Positions 26,786-38,031 of a stretch of DNA of 64,000 bases are shown here, one piece after another. Position 1 is the stretch's first letter. Every line of letters begins with the position of its first letter. The notes below the pieces were generated by a model. It saw only the letters and a list, made by a program, of their open reading frames with translations. It was not told where the DNA came from and searched no databases. The translations under genes and the position numbers were made by a program. This DNA comes from Syntrophomonadaceae bacterium. Lineage in GTDB: Bacteria; Bacillota; Syntrophomonadia; Syntrophomonadales; Syntrophomonadaceae. The stretch is taken from NCBI GenBank assembly GCA_012511795.1, contig JAAZFJ010000162.1, positions 66-64,065 of the forward strand. Direction: 5' to 3'.

Positions 26786-28648
26786 TTGCGTAAAGCGCTG
26801 ATTAGACTGGAGGATGTAGGTCCGGGGGGACCTTATTATTCCTATGAGAATTTACGAAAATTAAGAATAATTGGAGATTATCTTCAATCGGAAGGGGTTT
26901 GTTTTCACATTTCCTTGATTCCACATTATATGGATCCTCCTGCTGGTTATAGTAAATCGATCGATGAATTGGATGACATTTTTGTCAGGCATTTTAATGA
27001 GACAATAAATTATTTGAATCACTGCAGTTCGGGGAAAGCAGTTGGCATGCATGGATATACACATCAGTATAAACGATCGATAAGTGCTGTTGGAGATGAA
27101 TTTTTTAGTTCTGACTGCATAGCTGATTGTCCCCCGGATGATTCTTGGGAAGCATCTTCAGACCGGGAAGCATTTCTCAGTTCCTATGCTTCCAGCAGAA
27201 TGAAGGCAGGCTACGAATGTTTCAAGCAATCAAATATTCCGCTGAGCTGGGGATTTTCAACTCCCCATTATACAGCATCAGCTGCTCAAAGGGAGATCAT
27301 GGAAGCATGGTCAGGGATTTTCTATGAAAATAATCCCTGGGGTGGTGGATCGACCAGTGTAAACATAATAGACAAAGAAGCTGCCTTTTACCGGGGAGTG
27401 ATTTATATTCCAACCTCTCTTTACTATGTGGACGGACTACAGGCAGAAAAGGATATTGCCCGAATAATAAAGACTATTGATGGCTATGGAGAAAATGAAC
27501 TGGCATCATTTTTTTATCACCCCTATTTGGAATTTGGATTTATTGAATTGACTGAATCTGGATATACCTACAAAGAGAATTCTTATTTAAAGAGACTGAT
27601 TCGGGCTTTTAAGGAAAGAGGCTATACTTTTGTTTCCATACTGAGTTTAATTGATTTTGTTCCATCTTCAAGGGAAACCAGCTTTTTTTCCGGTATTGAA
27701 AAACAAATTATGACCGGTTCGTTGATCGATACCGGGAAAAGCGGCTTAGTAGTCTGGTCTATTGCTAATGGATACTGGTATTACTGTCCCTGTTTACTGG
27801 AAAATTTTCCTGCCCGGCAAGCTGATAAGCAGGTTTTTGGGGATATACTCATGTTGTCTCATTGGGCAGTAGGCACTGGTTGGGTTCCTTTAATAGGTGA
27901 TATAGACGGAGATGGGTATGATGATGTAGTAGTCTGGGACTTTCAACATGGTCAGTGGCAGGCAGCCTTGAGTGATAGTGAAAGACTAATCCCGCATCCG
28001 GGTCAGGCAGGGGATTTTATATGGTTAAGAGATTGGGCCAGGGGAAGAGAGTGGCACCCTCTTATTGGAGATTTCAACGGAGATGGGAGGGCTGATCTGT
28101 TGGTTTGGTATCCGTCAACAGGTGAATGGCAGGTGGCATTAAGCAATGGGAATGCATTTATTCCTGCACCGGGACCCGGAGATTTCATTTGGCTTAAGCC
28201 ATGGGCCAAAGGGGATGAGTGGGTACCTTTAATAGGTGATTTTAATGGTGATGGCAGGGACGATATTGTGGTTTGGAATCCGAATACCGGCGAATGGCAG
28301 GTGGCTTTCAGTGAGGGAGACCGTTTTGTACCAGGCCCTTTGGAACAGCCTGTCTGGTTAAACAATTGGGGCCGGGGAGGGCAGTGGACACCTCTGGTGG
28401 GAGATTTTAACGGTGACGGCAAAAGTGATATTTTAGTGGTTAATCGAATTTTAGGAGACTGGCAAGTTGCTCTAAGTGATGGAAACAGGTTCAAGCCGAC
28501 TGGTAATGCACATTATCCCTGGTCAGCAGATGCTGATATGCAGCCATTAGTTGCTGATTTGAATAAAGATGGCAAATCTGCCTTACTGGCATATCATCCG
28601 TTTATAAGAAATGGCACCATTGATGTTGCAGTTTCTGTAATTGAGTAA
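26786..28648 (+). CDS. DUF2334 (polysaccharide deacetylase-like) protein fused to FG-GAP/VCBS repeats
   Basis: LIRLEDVGP, MHGYTHQ, PHY, SFFYHP motifs; repeated W.PLIGDFNGDGR.D..VW. Confidence 0.85.
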   Translation: MRKALIRLEDVGPGGPYYSYENLRKLRIIGDYLQSEGVCFHISLIPHYMDPPAGYSKSIDELDDIFVRHFNETINYLNHCSSGKAVGMHGYTHQYKRSISAVGDEFFSSDCIADCPPDDSWEASSDREAFLSSYASSRMKAGYECFKQSNIPLSWGFSTPHYTASAAQREIMEAWSGIFYENNPWGGGSTSVNIIDKEAAFYRGVIYIPTSLYYVDGLQAEKDIARIIKTIDGYGENELASFFYHPYLEFGFIELTESGYTYKENSYLKRLIRAFKERGYTFVSILSLIDFVPSSRETSFFSGIEKQIMTGSLIDTGKSGLVVWSIANGYWYYCPCLLENFPARQADKQVFGDILMLSHWAVGTGWVPLIGDIDGDGYDDVVVWDFQHGQWQAALSDSERLIPHPGQAGDFIWLRDWARGREWHPLIGDFNGDGRADLLVWYPSTGEWQVALSNGNAFIPAPGPGDFIWLKPWAKGDEWVPLIGDFNGDGRDDIVVWNPNTGEWQVAFSEGDRFVPGPLEQPVWLNNWGRGGQWTPLVGDFNGDGKSDILVVNRILGDWQVALSDGNRFKPTGNAHYPWSADADMQPLVADLNKDGKSALLAYHPFIRNGTIDVAVSVIE

Positions 28649-28779
28649 AGTTATATATTTAGTTACTCGGGAGGAAAGCACAGCTATTTTCTCTCGAGTT
28701 TTTATTGCCGTGCAATACTCTACTTATTAGATTAATTAAGTATAATAGTAAGAAGATTATTATCTGTAAGGAGTTATAC

Positions 28780-29556
28780 ATGCAAATACATATACTTGCC
28801 AGCGGTAGTACCGGAAATGCAGTCTTTGTACAAATGGGGCAGACAAAAGTTTTGATTGATGCGGGAATAAGCAACCGCAGAATAGAAAAAGGCCTTGGTG
28901 AACTGGGAATCAAGGTAAGCGATATAGACGGAATACTAATTACCCATGAACATATTGATCATGTTAAAGGTTTGGAGGTGCTGACACGTAAGTATAAAGT
29001 GCCCGTTTATACACGCTGCCGCACCTGGAAAAACATGAATTGTCTCGATAAGATACCCCCGGAATGTATTAAAGAAATAGAAAATCATATTAGCCTGGGA
29101 GGGCTTGATATAATCCCGTTTAATATTTCCCATGATGCCGCTGATCCAGTTGGTTATTGTATATACAATAAGAATAGAAAAATAGTTATAGCTACTGATT
29201 TTGGTATGGTTACCCCGGCCATTGAGAAAGCTCTGGCCTGTGCAGATTTTATAGTATTGGAAACGAATCATGATATAGATATGCTAAAAAACGGCCCTTA
29301 TCCACAGTTTTTAAAACAGCGTATCAGCAGCAGTAAGGGTCATTTATCAAACCGGCAGGCTGGACAGGTTCTGGCACGCATTCCGCTTAAAGCCCATACA
29401 CAAGTAATGCTGGCTCATTTAAGCCAGCAAAATAATTATCCCGCTTTGGCTGAAGAAACCGTAAAAAATATTTTAACCCATAGTGGGCTAACAGTTGATA
29501 AAGATATAATTTTACATCGCACATATCCCCAGAGGACAGCCAGTTTAGTTGTTTAA
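28780..29556 (+). CDS. YycJ/WalJ-like metallo-beta-lactamase-fold hydrolase
   Basis: LASGSTGN, THEHIDH, SHDAADP, ETNHD, GHLSN, HLSQQNN. ATG 28780 follows RBS AAGGAG. Confidence 0.9.
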   Translation: MQIHILASGSTGNAVFVQMGQTKVLIDAGISNRRIEKGLGELGIKVSDIDGILITHEHIDHVKGLEVLTRKYKVPVYTRCRTWKNMNCLDKIPPECIKEIENHISLGGLDIIPFNISHDAADPVGYCIYNKNRKIVIATDFGMVTPAIEKALACADFIVLETNHDIDMLKNGPYPQFLKQRISSSKGHLSNRQAGQVLARIPLKAHTQVMLAHLSQQNNYPALAEETVKNILTHSGLTVDKDIILHRTYPQRTASLVV

Positions 29557-29576
29557 GCGGCAGGTTATATAAAAAC

Positions 29577-29602
29577 AAAAACCGGGAAATTCCCGGTTTT
29601 TT
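29577..29602. terminator. Bidirectional terminator between convergent genes
   Basis: AAAAACCGGGA-AAT-TCCCGGTTTTT. Confidence 0.85.
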
Positions 29603-29616
29603 ATATGGTTGCTCTG

Positions 29617-30138
29617 CTACATTTTTACCGGTTCGGGATAATCTATGCCAAAGCAATCCACGGTAACTTTTTTGATTTTTTGTTCATCATAAGGTTTATC
29701 TCTAAAGTCCCGGGGTGTACTTACTATTTGGTCTGCTGTTTCCATTCCTTCGATAACTGCACCAAAAGCTGCATAATCCCCGTCTAAATGAGGTGCTTTC
29801 TCTACCATAATAAAAAATTGAGAACCGGCAGAGTTGGGGTTGGTTGACCTGGCCATGGATATGGTACCCTTTTCATGCTTCAATTTATTATTAAAGTTAT
29901 TACGGGGAAATTCACCTTTGATCCGATAACCAGGTTCGCCGGTACCTGTACCTTGGGGACAGCCGCCCTGAATCATAAAACCTGGTATTACACGGTGAAA
30001 AATCAGGCCATCATAAAAACCTAATTTAATTAATGAAATAAAATTATTGACGGTGTTGGGCGCTGTTTCCGGATACAGTTCTATTTTTATCTGGCCGCCG
30101 TTTTCCATTTCAATAGTTACTACAGGATTTTTTTGCAT
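29617..30138 (-). CDS. ppiB: Cyclophilin-type peptidyl-prolyl isomerase
   Basis: APNTVNNF, FHRVIPGFMIQGG, SMAR..NSAGSQFFI, HLDGDYAAFG. Confidence 0.95.
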   Translation of the reverse strand: MQKNPVVTIEMENGGQIKIELYPETAPNTVNNFISLIKLGFYDGLIFHRVIPGFMIQGGCPQGTGTGEPGYRIKGEFPRNNFNNKLKHEKGTISMARSTNPNSAGSQFFIMVEKAPHLDGDYAAFGAVIEGMETADQIVSTPRDFRDKPYDEQKIKKVTVDCFGIDYPEPVKM

Positions 30139-30228
30139 TTAAACTACCTCTCTTTTTATTTTTTAAAATATAGACATTTATAGTTTAACAAAGAACTGCA
30201 ACATTAAACAAAAATGCTGGTTAATGTT

Positions 30229-30345
30229 TCAATTATAAAATGATAACCAGCCGCTTTTAATGTAAAAAACCAAGGCGGCAGTAAAACTTAGAAATGTAAT
30301 AACAATAAGTAAGGTAACTATTTTTTTGAGACTTATGCCGAACAT
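30229..30345 (-). CDS. Unannotated 38-aa single-TM peptide directly after the DUF1700 gene (possible truncated remnant)
   Basis: ATG immediately follows the DUF1700 stop, with RBS AGGAGG. Translation MFGISLKKIVTLLIVITFLSFTAALVFYIKSGWLSFYN. Confidence 0.55.
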   Translation of the reverse strand: MFGISLKKIVTLLIVITFLSFTAALVFYIKSGWLSFYN

Positions 30346-30936
30346 TTAAAAATCCTCCTGTTTTAAACTGCCTAAATGGAACCTTAAATGCTTTAAGGTT
30401 CCCAGATAAAAAATCCTGGCCAAGATATAATCTCCCACCAAAAATAGTAATCCAAAGGAGACCAAGCCTATAGAAAGGAAAAGAGTACCGATTCGCGTTA
30501 CATTATCAGCATATAAATCAGGCGGAATACTAATAACAGGTATAACTGGATAGGAAAACACACCTGATAAAACCACTGCTCCAATAAAGCTGACTCCTAA
30601 TCCTGCAATAAAGAGAGCCAGCAAAGCCCCAATCAAGCCTAAAAAGGGACCAAAGAAAAAAGCCAGGTTAAAAACACCCAGCCCCATTGAACCAAGGACT
30701 GCCTTAAAAATGTTCTTAACGGTTGTATCTGCTTCTGCCTTTTCAACTAAATAATTGGCAGTAAGATAACGGGCAATGGTTTTTGGATTGCCTAAAAAAG
30801 CGATGATCTCATCTTCGGTCTTACCTGAATTCATATTTAAGAGGAAGTGTTCACGATATTTAGCAATTAATAATCGTCTATTCCGCTCGGGCAGTTCCTT
30901 TAGAAACTGTTCCAGTTCAGCTAAAAAATTATCCAA
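30346..30936 (-). CDS. DUF1700 (HAAS domain) membrane protein
   Basis: FLAELEQFL..YREHF..GKTEDEII..LGNPKTIA followed by TM helices. Confidence 0.88.
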   Translation of the reverse strand: MDNFLAELEQFLKELPERNRRLLIAKYREHFLLNMNSGKTEDEIIAFLGNPKTIARYLTANYLVEKAEADTTVKNIFKAVLGSMGLGVFNLAFFFGPFLGLIGALLALFIAGLGVSFIGAVVLSGVFSYPVIPVISIPPDLYADNVTRIGTLFLSIGLVSFGLLFLVGDYILARIFYLGTLKHLRFHLGSLKQEDF

Positions 30937-31061
30937 GCAAATCCACCTTCCAACAACCGATCAATTTGTTAGTCCTTTGCTATAAAATACCATATAAACA
31001 TGAAATAAGGTAGTTAAAAGGTAATTATTCTATTTATACAAATTTCAATTTATGAATAACT

Positions 31062-32438
31062 CTAAGCGAAGTTATTCTGAATAGTCTTGTCGACCCATTT
31101 ATTGATCCATGAATGCTGGGGAGGGAAAAACTGATTATCAGCCGGTGAATAATAATAGGAATTTAAATAGTGCTTTTTGTTTTCACTGATTCGGTATAAA
31201 TAATTTATTATTTTATCCACTTCTGATCTGGTATTATAAGCGCCGAAACTTATACGGACCATGCCGGGAATTTTATATTGCTGCCGGTTTTCAATAAGTG
31301 AGATATAATTACTGTTTTCATCATGATTTAGTAATTTGCGGACATAATTCTGGGCACAAAAACAACCGGTTCGGGTTCCAATACCTGTTTCATAGCAAAG
31401 GATTGCCCCTACCAGTGCATGGGGAATCCCAGCCAGATTAAAACTGATGACACCGACTCTGGGGCCGGTACCGTAAATTGTAATATTGGGGATTTGTTTT
31501 AGTTTGTCTATGGTATAGTCAGTCAAGGACCTTTCATATGCAGAGATATTATGCATACCAATACCTTCCAGGTAACCAAGTGTTTTGGCTAGAGCAAAGG
31601 TTCCTGCTACATTGGGTGAACCGGCTTCTTCCCGTTCAGGCAGGTCTGCCCACCATACCTTATCTTTAAAGACCAGCTTAACCATGCCGCCACCTGCATA
31701 TTCTGGATCTCCTTGCAGGAAAAGTTTTTTGGGACCAATTAGACAGCCGGAACCGAAGGGCGCATAAATTTTGTGACCTGAGAAGGCTAAAAAATCAATA
31801 TGCATTGGATTACGGTCATCTTTCATATCTATTGGGTGATGAGGAATAAGCTGAGCTGCATCAACCAATATTGGAGTACCATACTTATGAGCTAAAGCAG
31901 CTATTTGGTGGATATCGTTTAATTGCCCGGTAACATTGGAGGCTCCGCAAATTGCCACCAGTTTGACCCGTGGATAATATCGGCGAAGTTTATTTTCTAA
32001 TTCAGTTTGACATAGTAATCCTTCCTGGTTTAAGCCAATGTATTCAACTTTTGCTTTTTGGCGCCAGGGAAGGTCATTGGAGTGATGTTCCATAACGGAA
32101 CTTATCACAATATCCCCTTTACTTAATTGCAGCCGATAAGCCAATTTATTGATTGCTTCAGTAGTGTTTTTAACCATTATTACAGTATTGTTTTCAAGAT
32201 CTACATTCACAAAACGGCCAATTGTTTGGTAACATTGGTCATATGTTTTCGAAGCTACCAGGGACTTGAACCCACTTCCGCGATGTACACCGGCATACCA
32301 CTGCATAAAAGATTCCGTCTCTTTAATTACTGAAAATAAAGGTGGGGTACTGGCCGCATTATCAAAATTAATATAGTTTACACGCTTTTTTTTAGTGGTG
32401 GGAACTTTGCAATTGATACCAAGTATATTTTTTCTCAA
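31062..32438 (-). CDS. Class V PLP aminotransferase, SufS-like cysteine desulfurase / selenocysteine lyase family
   Basis: NFDNAAST, EHHSNDLPW, VDAAQ, SGHKIYAPFG (PLP Lys), RTGCFCA (catalytic Cys). True start may lie ~30 nt upstream. Confidence 0.88.
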   Translation of the reverse strand: MRKNILGINCKVPTTKKKRVNYINFDNAASTPPLFSVIKETESFMQWYAGVHRGSGFKSLVASKTYDQCYQTIGRFVNVDLENNTVIMVKNTTEAINKLAYRLQLSKGDIVISSVMEHHSNDLPWRQKAKVEYIGLNQEGLLCQTELENKLRRYYPRVKLVAICGASNVTGQLNDIHQIAALAHKYGTPILVDAAQLIPHHPIDMKDDRNPMHIDFLAFSGHKIYAPFGSGCLIGPKKLFLQGDPEYAGGGMVKLVFKDKVWWADLPEREEAGSPNVAGTFALAKTLGYLEGIGMHNISAYERSLTDYTIDKLKQIPNITIYGTGPRVGVISFNLAGIPHALVGAILCYETGIGTRTGCFCAQNYVRKLLNHDENSNYISLIENRQQYKIPGMVRISFGAYNTRSEVDKIINYLYRISENKKHYLNSYYYSPADNQFFPPQHSWINKWVDKTIQNNFA

Positions 32439-32565
32439 AAATTGAGGATCAAATTGCCTGGTGTTGATTTAGAACACTCCCCATGTACATTGTTTATATA
32501 CATTCTATGAATATCTTTGAGATTTGCCACTGTATATAAACAAGTGAGCAGGGGTTACCTTCTTT

Positions 32566-33045
32566 TCAAATAAATAGCTGCATATTTGCATTTAAAGCAC
32601 TTTCAAGGTATTCTTTTACATCAACTACCTTTACTCCTTCCAGCAATTCTTCTTGGGTGAATCCCATTACTTCCAGAGATAATTTACAAGCCAGGAATTC
32701 TACTCCTTTATTCCGCGCACCATTTAAAAAATCAATTAAGCGGGGAGTATCATTTTCGTCCATCATTTCCAATAACATAGATTTGCCGACACCTGCCATA
32801 TTCATCCTGGATAAAGGCAATTCCTCGGCTTGTTTGGGAGTCATAGCCGCAAACATCTTTTCATAGAGTGACTTATCTTCGTCAGTCATACGCCCGGGAT
32901 CTCTTAATAATAATAATCCCCAGAAAGCAAAAAACATTTTAACCTCCACATTCAGCTCTCTGGCACCGTTGGCAATTATCAAAGCTGCCAATGCTTTATC
33001 GTAATCTCCGCTGAAAATCACCATATTTAAAGATTTATCGATCAT
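32566..33045 (-). CDS. DsrE/DsrF/DrsH-like (YrkE-type) protein
   Basis: VIFSGDYDKALAALIIANGA..MFFAFWGL..LSRMNMAGVG..ACKLSLEVMG. Confidence 0.9.
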   Translation of the reverse strand: MIDKSLNMVIFSGDYDKALAALIIANGARELNVEVKMFFAFWGLLLLRDPGRMTDEDKSLYEKMFAAMTPKQAEELPLSRMNMAGVGKSMLLEMMDENDTPRLIDFLNGARNKGVEFLACKLSLEVMGFTQEELLEGVKVVDVKEYLESALNANMQLFI

Positions 33046-33301
33046 GGAACCCTCCTAACCGAATTTAGCTGCAAGTATTTATTTGGAATTAAATAACCTA
33101 AGCAAAATAATTTGTTAAAATAAATAACAGGACCAAAAAGTAAAGAATCTTAGATTTTTATAAAGTTTTTTCGGGTAATCTACTAATAATCAATTCAAGC
33201 ATATTATTGTCATTGGAATACTCTGGGTATGTAAAAGGGTTTTTATTATGTAGTGACTAAAAAGTAATCGTGATGTAGTATAATTACAGCTAAATGTTTA
33301 T

Positions 33302-33658
33302 TTACAAATATGCCCCGTGAGTACTTAATATTTTTTTTGCTTTTTCCAACTGGGTGTCATCTGTTACAACAGTTAATAAGTAAGAAGCCTTTAGCATAGA
33401 ATCATGACCTGATATACCGCTTACTGAAGGGTCTGCTGCTAATAAGGGACCATAACTCTGATCATGAGTTCCTCTTCCCAATACTTTGGAAGATAAATTA
33501 TATCTGACGGTATTTATATGGCTTTGAGGATACTCTGATACAAAAGATAATTGAATATCATGAAAACCATTGGACTGTAAAGAACCCATAGCTATCAGGG
33601 CATCATCCTCATTAGCGAAATAAGTCATTAAAGAACTTTCACCAGGGTTAAGCTGCAA
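33302..33658 (-). CDS. Hypothetical protein, possibly forespore-expressed
   Basis: 118-aa ORF with RBS AAGGAGG; LLAADPSVSG motif; SigF-like promoter ACATA-N15-GGCAAAACTG at 33694-33723 (minus strand). Confidence 0.7.
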   Translation of the reverse strand: MQLNPGESSLMTYFANEDDALIAMGSLQSNGFHDIQLSFVSEYPQSHINTVRYNLSSKVLGRGTHDQSYGPLLAADPSVSGISGHDSMLKASYLLTVVTDDTQLEKAKKILSTHGAYL

Positions 33659-33748
33659 AGAAAGAACCTCCTTTTTTCTTAGTACCTTGGTAACAGTTTT
33701 GCCAGTAGTTTAATTAAATATGTGAATAATAAAATAGGAGTGAAATCG

Positions 33749-35431
33749 GTGAATGCTATTGAGACCAATAAAAAGAATATTCAGGCTATCGTAAATGAAG
33801 CCCTCAGGTCAGCTCAGCAAAAGGGATTATTATCCTTTCAAGATATACCAGACTATGTTATTGAAGTTCCCAGGGAAAAAGAGCATGGGGATTTTGCCTC
33901 CAATGTAGCATTGCTGATGGCCCGGCAGGCGCGCATGTCTCCTAAAGCCATTGCCGGTATTATTATGGACGAAATTTCACTGGATAAAATACAGGAATTA
34001 GAAAAGATAGAAGTGGCAGGTGCCGGTTTTATAAATTTCTTCCTGAATAATAGCTGGCTTTTTGAAATACCTGTCCAAATCGTTAAAATGGGAAATAAAT
34101 ACGGATATAATGACTATTTAAACCGTAAAGTGCAGGTGGAGTTTGTCAGTGCTAATCCTACCGGAAATCTGCATATGGGTAATGCCCGGGGTGGAGCCAT
34201 AGGTGATACCTTGGCTAATATTTTACAAAGGGCAGGTTATGATGTAGAGCGGGAATTTTATGTGAATGATGCAGGGAACCAAATCGAGATCTTTGCGGAA
34301 TCTCTGGAAGCCAGATATTTACAGCTGACCGGAAATGATATTAAATTCCCTGATAATGGTTACGCAGGGCAGGACGTAATTCAAACAGTTAAAAACATAA
34401 TTAGAGAAAAAGGTAATAGTCTGGTTGAGATGGATAGTGAGACCAGACGTAAAATTATTGTAGAATATGCTTTGCAAGAAAAAATTGATTATATTAAAGC
34501 AACTTTAAAAGCCTTTGGTATAGAATATGATCATTGGTTTAGCGAGCAGAGTCTTCATGATTCCGGCAAGGTAGAGGAAGTAATTAAATGGCTTACTGAC
34601 CAAGGATTCATATATGAGCATGAAGGTGCACTATGGTTTAAATCGGTTCAGTATGGCGATGAAAAGGATGAAGTAATAAAAAGGGCCAATGGATTAACTA
34701 CTTACTTTGCTGCTGATATTGCTTACCATAAGGATAAATTTGAACGAGGTTTTGATTGGGTGATAAATGTCTGGGGGGCAGACCATCATGGCCATGTGGC
34801 ACGAATGAAAGGTGCTATGCAGGCATTAGGGCTTGACCCCGCTAAGCTGGATATTTTATTGATGCAGTTAGTGAGATTGTATCGGGGTGGAAACATTGTT
34901 CGTATGTCTAAGAGAACTGGTACCACGATTTCATTGGATGAACTGATAGAAGAAGTCGGCAAAGATGCTGCCCGCTTCTTTTTTGTGATGCGCAGCCCGG
35001 ACAGCCATTTGGATTTTGATATGCAGCTGGCTAAAGAAAAAAGTCAGGAAAATCCGGTTTATTATGTGCAATATGCCCATGCACGAATCTGCAGTATTTT
35101 CAGACAAGCTGCTGCAGCCGGTGTTAAAATGGCTTCTGTAGAGGAAATTGATTCTACCCTGCTGAATAGCCAGGAAGAAATTGATCTCTTGCGCAGGATT
35201 GCTGATTTCCCCGATGAAATTTTGATTGCAGCAAGGACTCTGTCTCCCCACAGAATAGCTCGTTATGTCCTTGATGTGGCCGGGCTGTTTCACAGTTTTT
35301 ATAATCATCATCGCGTTCTTACTAATGATGAGCCTTTACAAAACGCCAGATTGCTTTTAATGCAAGTTACTCAAATAACGCTGAAAAATGCTTTGGATAC
35401 TTTGGGAGTATCTGCCCCAGAACAAATGTAA
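33749..35431 (+). CDS. argS: Arginine--tRNA ligase
   Basis: [18 protein letters not shown] (HIGH), [22 protein letters not shown]. Confidence 0.97.
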   Translation: MNAIETNKKNIQAIVNEALRSAQQKGLLSFQDIPDYVIEVPREKEHGDFASNVALLMARQARMSPKAIAGIIMDEISLDKIQELEKIEVAGAGFINFFLNNSWLFEIPVQIVKMGNKYGYNDYLNRKVQVEFVSANPTGNLHMGNARGGAIGDTLANILQRAGYDVEREFYVNDAGNQIEIFAESLEARYLQLTGNDIKFPDNGYAGQDVIQTVKNIIREKGNSLVEMDSETRRKIIVEYALQEKIDYIKATLKAFGIEYDHWFSEQSLHDSGKVEEVIKWLTDQGFIYEHEGALWFKSVQYGDEKDEVIKRANGLTTYFAADIAYHKDKFERGFDWVINVWGADHHGHVARMKGAMQALGLDPAKLDILLMQLVRLYRGGNIVRMSKRTGTTISLDELIEEVGKDAARFFFVMRSPDSHLDFDMQLAKEKSQENPVYYVQYAHARICSIFRQAAAAGVKMASVEEIDSTLLNSQEEIDLLRRIADFPDEILIAARTLSPHRIARYVLDVAGLFHSFYNHHRVLTNDEPLQNARLLLMQVTQITLKNALDTLGVSAPEQM

Positions 35432-35442
35432 GGAGGGATTTC

Positions 35443-35670
35443 ATGGTTCCAAGAAAAAAAAGCGAGGCCGACTGGGCAGTAGAAATTCTAAAAGAAAAAC
35501 AGGAAGCTGTTTTTTATCTTGATCTTATCAGTGCTATTGCTGATAAAATGGGCAAAAAGAAGAATAGTCTTGTTTTTTCTTCTATTAATACTCGCTTAAA
35601 CATGGACAATCGTTTAGTCTACCAGGGTGAAGGATATTGGTTTTATGACAGGAACCGGGTTAAGGAGTGA
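35443..35670 (+). CDS. rpoE: HARE-HTH protein, RNA polymerase delta-subunit-like, without acidic tail
   Basis: WAVEILKEKQEAV.YLDL..INTRLNMDNRL..GEGYW resembles the delta N-domain; argS-rpoE-pyrG synteny. Confidence 0.7.
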   Translation: MVPRKKSEADWAVEILKEKQEAVFYLDLISAIADKMGKKKNSLVFSSINTRLNMDNRLVYQGEGYWFYDRNRVKE

Positions 35671-35676
35671 TTACTG

Positions 35677-36312
35677 ATGAAGATAAGATGGTTAGGACAT
35701 GCTTGTTTTCTGTTAGAAACTGAAAAATTTAAGATCATTACAGATCCTTTTAATAAAGAAGTCGGGTATCCAGTGATTAATGTTACAGCTGATGTGGTGA
35801 CAATAAGTCACGACCATTGGGATCACAATGCTGCACAATTGGTAGGCGGCAGCCCGATGATTATAGACCAAGAAGGAAGCTTCACATACCAGGAAATACA
35901 GATAAAAGGAATTGGTTCTTATCATGATGATGTCCAGGGAAAAAAACGGGGGACTAACATCATGTATAAAATATCAACTGAAGGAATGACCTTACTTCAC
36001 CTAGGGGATCTGGGCCATTTACTTTCTGATCAGCAAGTCAGGGAGATAGGCGAAATAGATATATTGTTTTTACCAGTAGGGGGCAATTATACAATTGATG
36101 CCAGGGAAGCTTACAAAATTACAGAGTTGTTAAAACCAAGAATTATAATACCAATGCACTTTAAGACTCCGGCGATTTCATTTGATATAGATCCTGTAGA
36201 AGCTTTTACAGGCTATTTTGAGAAAGTGATTAAAAAACCATTTTTGCAAATCGATGAATTAAGCCCTGATTATTCTACCCAGGTAATTGTTCTTGATTAT
36301 CCGGTAAATTAA
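35677..36312 (+). CDS. Metallo-beta-lactamase-fold hydrolase
   Basis: WLGHACF, SHDHWDH, HLGDLG, IPMHF. Confidence 0.9.
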   Translation: MKIRWLGHACFLLETEKFKIITDPFNKEVGYPVINVTADVVTISHDHWDHNAAQLVGGSPMIIDQEGSFTYQEIQIKGIGSYHDDVQGKKRGTNIMYKISTEGMTLLHLGDLGHLLSDQQVREIGEIDILFLPVGGNYTIDAREAYKITELLKPRIIIPMHFKTPAISFDIDPVEAFTGYFEKVIKKPFLQIDELSPDYSTQVIVLDYPVN

Positions 36313-36339
36313 CTAGTAGGTATACTTACATTTTAATGA

Positions 36340-37968
<1,629 letters not shown>

Positions 37969-37990
37969 AATACCGGGCATATAGTTTAAA

Positions 37991-38020
37991 AAAGGGAGTT
38001 GGCTTTTGCCATCTCCCTTT
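37991..38020. terminator. Bidirectional terminator
   Basis: AAAGGGAG.TGGC-TTTT-GCCA.CTCCCTTT between convergent genes. Confidence 0.8.
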
Positions 38021-38031
38021 GCTGTTTAACT

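Noticed and set aside
28003..28494. 163-aa minus-strand repetitive ORF
   Set aside because: Antisense mirror of the FG-GAP repeats.
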